A model generated the notes under the pieces. That model did no database searches, had not been told where the DNA came from, and saw only the letters and a list, made by a program, of their open reading frames with translations. A program made the position numbers and the translations under genes. Positions 63,906 through 64,000 of a DNA stretch of 64,000 bases are shown one piece after another; within the stretch, counting starts at the first letter, position 1, and each line of letters starts with the position of its first letter. This stretch comes from Piromyces finnis finn (taxonomy: Eukaryota; Fungi; Neocallimastigomycota), in NCBI GenBank assembly GCA_002104945.1, contig MCFH01000005.1, positions 930,001-994,000 on the forward strand, in the 5' to 3' direction.

Positions 63906-64000
63906 ATTTTTTTATTACTTATTTTTTATTATTAAATTTGTTTTATTATTAGTGTACTGAATTTAAATCATATAGGAAAAAGAAAATGACTTCTTTTTAT

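Overview
Very AT-rich eukaryotic DNA with short GT-AG introns. It is most consistent with an anaerobic gut fungus (Neocallimastigomycota). This is inferred from the flagellar PACRG gene, a fungal PacC zinc finger, a CBM1 module, a long intronless ankyrin gene and bacterial-type genes, not from a database search. Host genes, left to right: Naa50-like N-acetyltransferase, PDCD5, squalene synthase (ERG9), an orphan, pacC/RIM101, a Msg5/Pmp1-type MAPK phosphatase, a bacterial-type YoaK/DUF1275 membrane protein, PACRG, a 9-exon type-I membrane protein, a decayed CBM1 gene and an ankyrin-repeat gene. The 18-44.5 kb interval holds non-LTR retroelements: two LINE families (four copies or remnants) and two almost identical copies plus one fragment of a short poly(A)-tailed SINE-like element. 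That element has a tRNA-like head and shares a covarying 3' stem-loop with one of the LINEs. One LINE sits, with a clean TSD, inside an internally deleted bacterial Rpn/PD-(D/E)XK gene. Strongest leads: the SINE/LINE pair; T-P-Y activation-loop-like repeats inserted in the phosphatase catalytic domain; two tandem hairpins with identical arms and compensatory inner stems at 63.7 kb; the Rpn derivative with flanking direct repeats; a GCCAAG cluster upstream of pacC; and a LINE whose 3' end matches its own target site. All family calls are by motif recognition from memory. Exon boundaries were read by eye.
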